IMG/VR virus record: IMGVR_UViG_3300031787_000018
Coordinates: 62,001-126,000 of that record
DNA: 64,000 nucleotides
Strand: one strand, 5' to 3'
Source of the DNA: an uncultured virus (IMG/VR IMGVR_UViG_3300031787_000018)
Taxonomy: Duplodnaviria; Heunggongvirae; Uroviricota; Caudoviricetes
Shown: positions 60,000 to 64,000 of the stretch, piece after piece
Position numbering within the stretch: position 1 is the first letter of the stretch
Layout of the letters: the number at the start of each line of letters is the position of its first letter
Program-made: the position numbers and the translations under genes
Notes under the pieces: generated by a model
Seen by the model: only the letters and a program-made list of their open reading frames with translations
Told to the model about the DNA's origin: nothing
The model's database searches: none

Positions 60000-60932
60000 T
60001 TAATCTTCCACGTCGATTAGTTCGTCATTATCAACAGGATTAGTTTCAACCAAGGTTTCTTTAATTTTGGTTTCCTCATTTTCTTGATTTTCTTGAGCTT
60101 GTTTCAATAAATTTTCCAAAAGTTTATCATTTTCGGTTTGAAAACTATCCATTTCTTTTTGGATTTGAATGGCTCTTTCAAGTTCGTTAAATTTTTTGGA
60201 ATCGTAATTAAGTTCACCAGTTTCTTTGTCTAAAACCATGTATAATTTTTTACGAATATCACCTCTACGATTTTTAACATAAACTAAATAACGTTGACCT
60301 GTAATTTCGTCAATACGAACATACATCATTGCGGTTGTGTTATGTTTTAACTTGGTAGAACCCGCATATTCACCACCTTTTGTAATATGCTGGATAACGT
60401 CAAATGCTGTATATTTTTTTGATTGATTTTCACCCTTAGTGTGTTTAACCAATAAATTAATTAACCAAGTTTCAACAGAAGACGCTGTTAATTTGTTTTG
60501 ACTATCTTTAATTTTGTCTTTTACATCCATAAAGGAGTCAATTAAAACATAATCCCAACCCATATCTAAAGCTTCTTCAACAGCTTTTTTTGGATTTTCA
60601 TAGTCAGCCAAATAAAGTGTATTTAAATTCATTAATTGAGGTAAATCTTCAGCCAATTCACGGTTATCAATTGGGTTCATTTCAGAAGAAATATATAAAC
60701 AAGTCCTACCTGGATTATATTTTTCAATTCCTGACATTTTATCAACTAATAATGTGGTTTTACCCGAACCAGGTTCACCTACAACTACTGTAATAGTGGC
60801 AGGCATTGTACCACCCTTCTTAGATATAATATTATCCACAAATTTACCACATTTTAAAGGTATAAACACTTCAGGCGGAAAATTAAAATCCGTTAATTTT
60901 ACAATTTGTACTTTTTGTTCAGACTTTGCCAT
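60000..60932 (-). CDS. RadA/Sms-like RecA-family ATPase
   Basis: GEPGSGKTT Walker A, YISSEM, VLIDS Walker B, HITKGGEYAG...LKH and KNRRG. Confidence 0.85.
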   Translation of the reverse strand: MAKSEQKVQIVKLTDFNFPPEVFIPLKCGKFVDNIISKKGGTMPATITVVVGEPGSGKTTLLVDKMSGIEKYNPGRTCLYISSEMNPIDNRELAEDLPQLMNLNTLYLADYENPKKAVEEALDMGWDYVLIDSFMDVKDKIKDSQNKLTASSVETWLINLLVKHTKGENQSKKYTAFDVIQHITKGGEYAGSTKLKHNTTAMMYVRIDEITGQRYLVYVKNRRGDIRKKLYMVLDKETGELNYDSKKFNELERAIQIQKEMDSFQTENDKLLENLLKQAQENQENEETKIKETLVETNPVDNDELIDVED

Positions 60933-61001
60933 ACAATTTTGTTTAGTTTTTAATTATGATTACAAATATATAACATTTAGATTAATTACACAAATTTATT
61001 T

Positions 61002-61241
61002 ATGGAAAATAAAGAAATGGTAAATCACCCGCAACATTATGGTGGTAAAGATAATAAATATGAGGCAATTAAAGTAATAGACGCGTGGGGTTTGGGGTTT
61101 TCTTTAGGAAATACCGTAAAATACATATCTAGAGCAGGTAAAAAGAACCAAGAAAAGGAGTTAGAAGACCTTAAAAAGGCATTATGGTACTTAAATCACC
61201 ATATCCAAACATTAGAGAGTAAACTGAAAGAAAATTCGTGA
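61002..61241 (+). CDS. DUF3310 (T7 gp1.7-like nucleotide kinase family) protein
   Basis: VNHPQHY, GNTVKYISRAGKK and EDLKKALWYL motifs. Confidence 0.85.
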   Translation: MENKEMVNHPQHYGGKDNKYEAIKVIDAWGLGFSLGNTVKYISRAGKKNQEKELEDLKKALWYLNHHIQTLESKLKENS

Positions 61242-61244
61242 TAT

Positions 61245-62951
61245 TTAATCACCCCACACCCATTTTTTATTACCACAATCCCAAATAATGTTGTAACCAC
61301 GTTCATACATTATTTGTTTTTCAGTCTTATTCGGATCATAACCATCTTTAATTAATTTATCTTTCCTAAAATTATATCTGTGCATTCTAACCAAGTCTTT
61401 GAAATACCAATAATTTAATTCGGTATTTTTTAAAAATTTAAAGCCCAATTTTTCATATAAACCACCATCAAAATACCTGTTATCGGAATAAGATACGACA
61501 TTTTTTGGTTTATAATTTTGTATGAAATGTCCGAACAATTTTGAAGCCCCACCAACTATTTTTGTGTTTAATTTATTACAAAATCTTAACATCTCATATT
61601 CATAATTGTTGTTACCCACACCTGAACGATTACCGAATGTCATAACAGAAACCAATTCGTCTTTATAATATAAACCCAAATTTATAGACGCGTTAACAGA
61701 CCCTTGAATGTGGTTATTACCCAAAAATTTCGATGATTCTTTATTGGTTATTGTTTTTATAACACACTTTCTTGCGAATATATTGGTATCGAATATGTTT
61801 AAATTAGCTTTTATAATAGATAATACAATATCTTTTTTAAATAACCACTCATCTTCAAAAATATGTAATAGTTTAATATTTTTATCTTTACATAATAACG
61901 TCTTATTTATGTGATATGTTTTACTTTTATTTATTTCACTATGCCAATACAATCCATCATATTCTATGGCTAAATTTTTCTGCGGTATGAAAATATCCAA
62001 TTCACAACCACCGAGTATCTTTTTATTATTAATCTCAACTAACATCCCAGTCAAATTCTCTATATAACTAACAATATCTCTATGTGGTTTGGTGTAGTTT
62101 GATCCGTTAAGTGGGAAACAATTGATGCATATTTCATACCCCAACCTATTTCTTTGATTAAATAAATAATTGTCTATTTTAAAAATTTTGTCACATTTAT
62201 CACATTTTAATGTTAATACTTTATTTTCGTAATCAATAAAAGTATACCCACTGAAATTATTTAATTTATCTATTATTTTGTTTTTAAAAATCACATTTTT
62301 AAACTCTTCACTTTGTGAGTAGTTCTCTACATTAAATTTTGTTAAATTAGTTTTTTTAGATTTTTCTTTAACTTCTTCTAACTGAAAAGGGTTTGATACG
62401 CCGTATTTTTTAATAAGATTCTCTTTTCTTAAATTCTTTATATCGTCAGAATACCAATGGTGGGTAAAACCGTATCTTTCTAAATTAGTTTTTTTTACTT
62501 TATTTTTTATTTCATCATTATGTAAACTACATGTTACACCATACTTTTCTAAATTAGTTTTTTTTACTTTATTTTTTATTTCATCATTTCTTAAAGGACT
62601 TGTTACACCATATTTTTTTACATTAGTTTCCTTTATTTTATTTTTAGTATTTTGGTTATTTACACCACATTTTATAGAACAGTTTTTATTATAACCCTTT
62701 TTTAGTGAGATAAATTTCACATCATTTACCCCACAAACCTCACATTTAGGTGGTTTGTTAGTATTATTTATATATAAATAAATTTTCTCTTTAAAAGTTA
62801 AGCTGTCTTCTTTATTGAAGTTTATTATTTTTGAGTATAAATCGTAGTTATTGTCCCGTAACCAACTTTCTCTAACCCTAAGACCGTTATTATTTTCAGT
62901 AAAATAATCCAGTAAATTTATATTATCCATATTGTATGACTTATTTATCAA
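61245..62951 (-). CDS. Putative free-standing endonuclease with K.TN..KYG repeats and a Vsr/DUF559-like domain
   Basis: About five K.TN(L/V)(E/K)(K/R)YG-type repeats; ELDIFIP..NLAIEYDGLYWHS..K...C..LLHIFEDEW; C-terminal NHIQG..RFC..GGASKL domain. Confidence 0.75.
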   Translation of the reverse strand: MINKSYNMDNINLLDYFTENNNGLRVRESWLRDNNYDLYSKIINFNKEDSLTFKEKIYLYINNTNKPPKCEVCGVNDVKFISLKKGYNKNCSIKCGVNNQNTKNKIKETNVKKYGVTSPLRNDEIKNKVKKTNLEKYGVTCSLHNDEIKNKVKKTNLERYGFTHHWYSDDIKNLRKENLIKKYGVSNPFQLEEVKEKSKKTNLTKFNVENYSQSEEFKNVIFKNKIIDKLNNFSGYTFIDYENKVLTLKCDKCDKIFKIDNYLFNQRNRLGYEICINCFPLNGSNYTKPHRDIVSYIENLTGMLVEINNKKILGGCELDIFIPQKNLAIEYDGLYWHSEINKSKTYHINKTLLCKDKNIKLLHIFEDEWLFKKDIVLSIIKANLNIFDTNIFARKCVIKTITNKESSKFLGNNHIQGSVNASINLGLYYKDELVSVMTFGNRSGVGNNNYEYEMLRFCNKLNTKIVGGASKLFGHFIQNYKPKNVVSYSDNRYFDGGLYEKLGFKFLKNTELNYWYFKDLVRMHRYNFRKDKLIKDGYDPNKTEKQIMYERGYNIIWDCGNKKWVWGD

Positions 62952-63005
62952 TAAATATATTCATTTTTAGCCAAAGTCAAATATTTATTTAAAAAAGTGT
63001 AAATA

Positions 63006-64000
63006 ATGATAATATCAGAAAAAATATTTGAAAAGATCCTGATAGAAAGTGGAATACGTAATATACGTAATTTGTCTTATAGATACGATAAGGCAAAAAT
63101 CTACTTTCATCAGGATCTTTGAGGGAACTTGATGGTGTTACAACGGCTATAGCTATGAAAAAATACCTAGAAGATAACGGTATTAAGGTTGTAGAGTGTG
63201 AAGTGATACAATACGGTGACCAAGAATTTTCCATTAAAAAACCAATGGCAAGAGGTGATATCATGCCAGTTTTAGTTGACTTCGCTCACGGTAAACCGAT
63301 GTTTGTTATACATACAGATCATCACGATAAGCAAGTAGGTGCTGAAGCTGGAGCTTCCAAATCATTTAGACACTCTAGGTCCAACGTCGAGACAATTTCT
63401 CAAATAATATCAACTAAAGAATTATTCCCTAGTTTTGATATTAATATGATTTCCACTATAGATAGTGCTAATTACGCTAAAATGGGTATATCTCCTGAAC
63501 AGGTGATGAATTATGTATTTGGGTTAGATAAAGAGAAAAGTTTAGAGGATAACAAAAAGGCTATGGCTCTTGTTTGTAATAAACTTTTGTTGGCTTATAA
63601 AAACAAACCAAGATTTTTAGAAAGATTGGTTATGGAATCTAGTCCATCATTGTTAAACATATACCAAAACATAGTTAGAATGGCTAAAGAAGAGGGTTAT
63701 TCCTCACCAGAGGTTATGTCACAATATTCTAAAGAATATGGTGAAACTATGAAGAATAGTGAAAATGTGAAATATGATGAAAAAACAGGTATTATTTCAC
63801 AATATGGTGGTGGTTCTATGATTAAACCCGGATCTTATGACAGATACGTACCTTTTAAAAACTTTCCTGACGCTAACTTCTTAATTATAGCTTGGCCTTT
63901 AGGTTTACTACAGGCATCATGTAACCCATTTAAACCTGAAAGGTCTATAAAGGGTATAAATTTGGGTGAAATAGCACAGGAAGTATTAAAAAAACACGAA
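63006..64000 (+). CDS. DHH-family phosphoesterase interrupted by an 11-nt insert (runs off the window)
   Basis: MIISEKIFEKILIE..YFHQDL then stop; resumes in another frame as LDGVTTAIAM..VDFAH..HTDHH and is still open at 64000. Confidence 0.8.

Noticed and set aside
1..64000. Stop-codon reassignment, cas genes, or a reverse transcriptase/DGR
   Set aside because: Recognisable genes are full length under the standard code with TAA, TAG and TGA all used as stops; the DHH break needs a frame change, not read-through; no Cas, HEPN-pair or RT motifs were seen

Overview
AT-rich, gene-dense segment of what looks like a large (jumbo) tailed phage of a Bacteroidota host. The evidence is Bacteroidota-type TAnnTTTG promoters, a DUF4294-like protein, a T9SS-CTD-like protein, tail-fibre-like genes, many small orphan ORFs and homing endonucleases. 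Recognisable genes: rmlC/rfbC, smpB, uvsE, a pyrimidine-dimer glycosylase, a split ATP-dependent DNA ligase, a RadA/Sms-like ATPase, a DUF932-like protein, HAD and 2H phosphoesterases, and a DHH protein. Strongest unexplained signals: (1) an integron-like array at 14077-15340 of four cassettes and four attC-like hairpins beside a frameshifted tyrosine recombinase lacking the IntI insertion, with hairpins that carry promoters and start codons for the next cassette; (2) a cas-less type VI-B-like CRISPR mini-array (2195-2429) whose opposite strand is the C-terminus of a protein-coding gene; (3) a family of genes sharing an ATATTTAT upstream motif, an MRNLIKKILKE-type leader and domains joined by acidic L/I-x-E linkers (possible capsid-loaded polyproteins); (4) a DNA ligase fractured by an HNH gene with intein-like stubs; (5) an 11-nt CTT-TGA-GGGAA-CTT interruption in a DHH gene resembling a ribosomal bypass; (6) atypical tRNA-like and larger structured RNAs. 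All family calls are from motif recognition by eye; no database searches were run.
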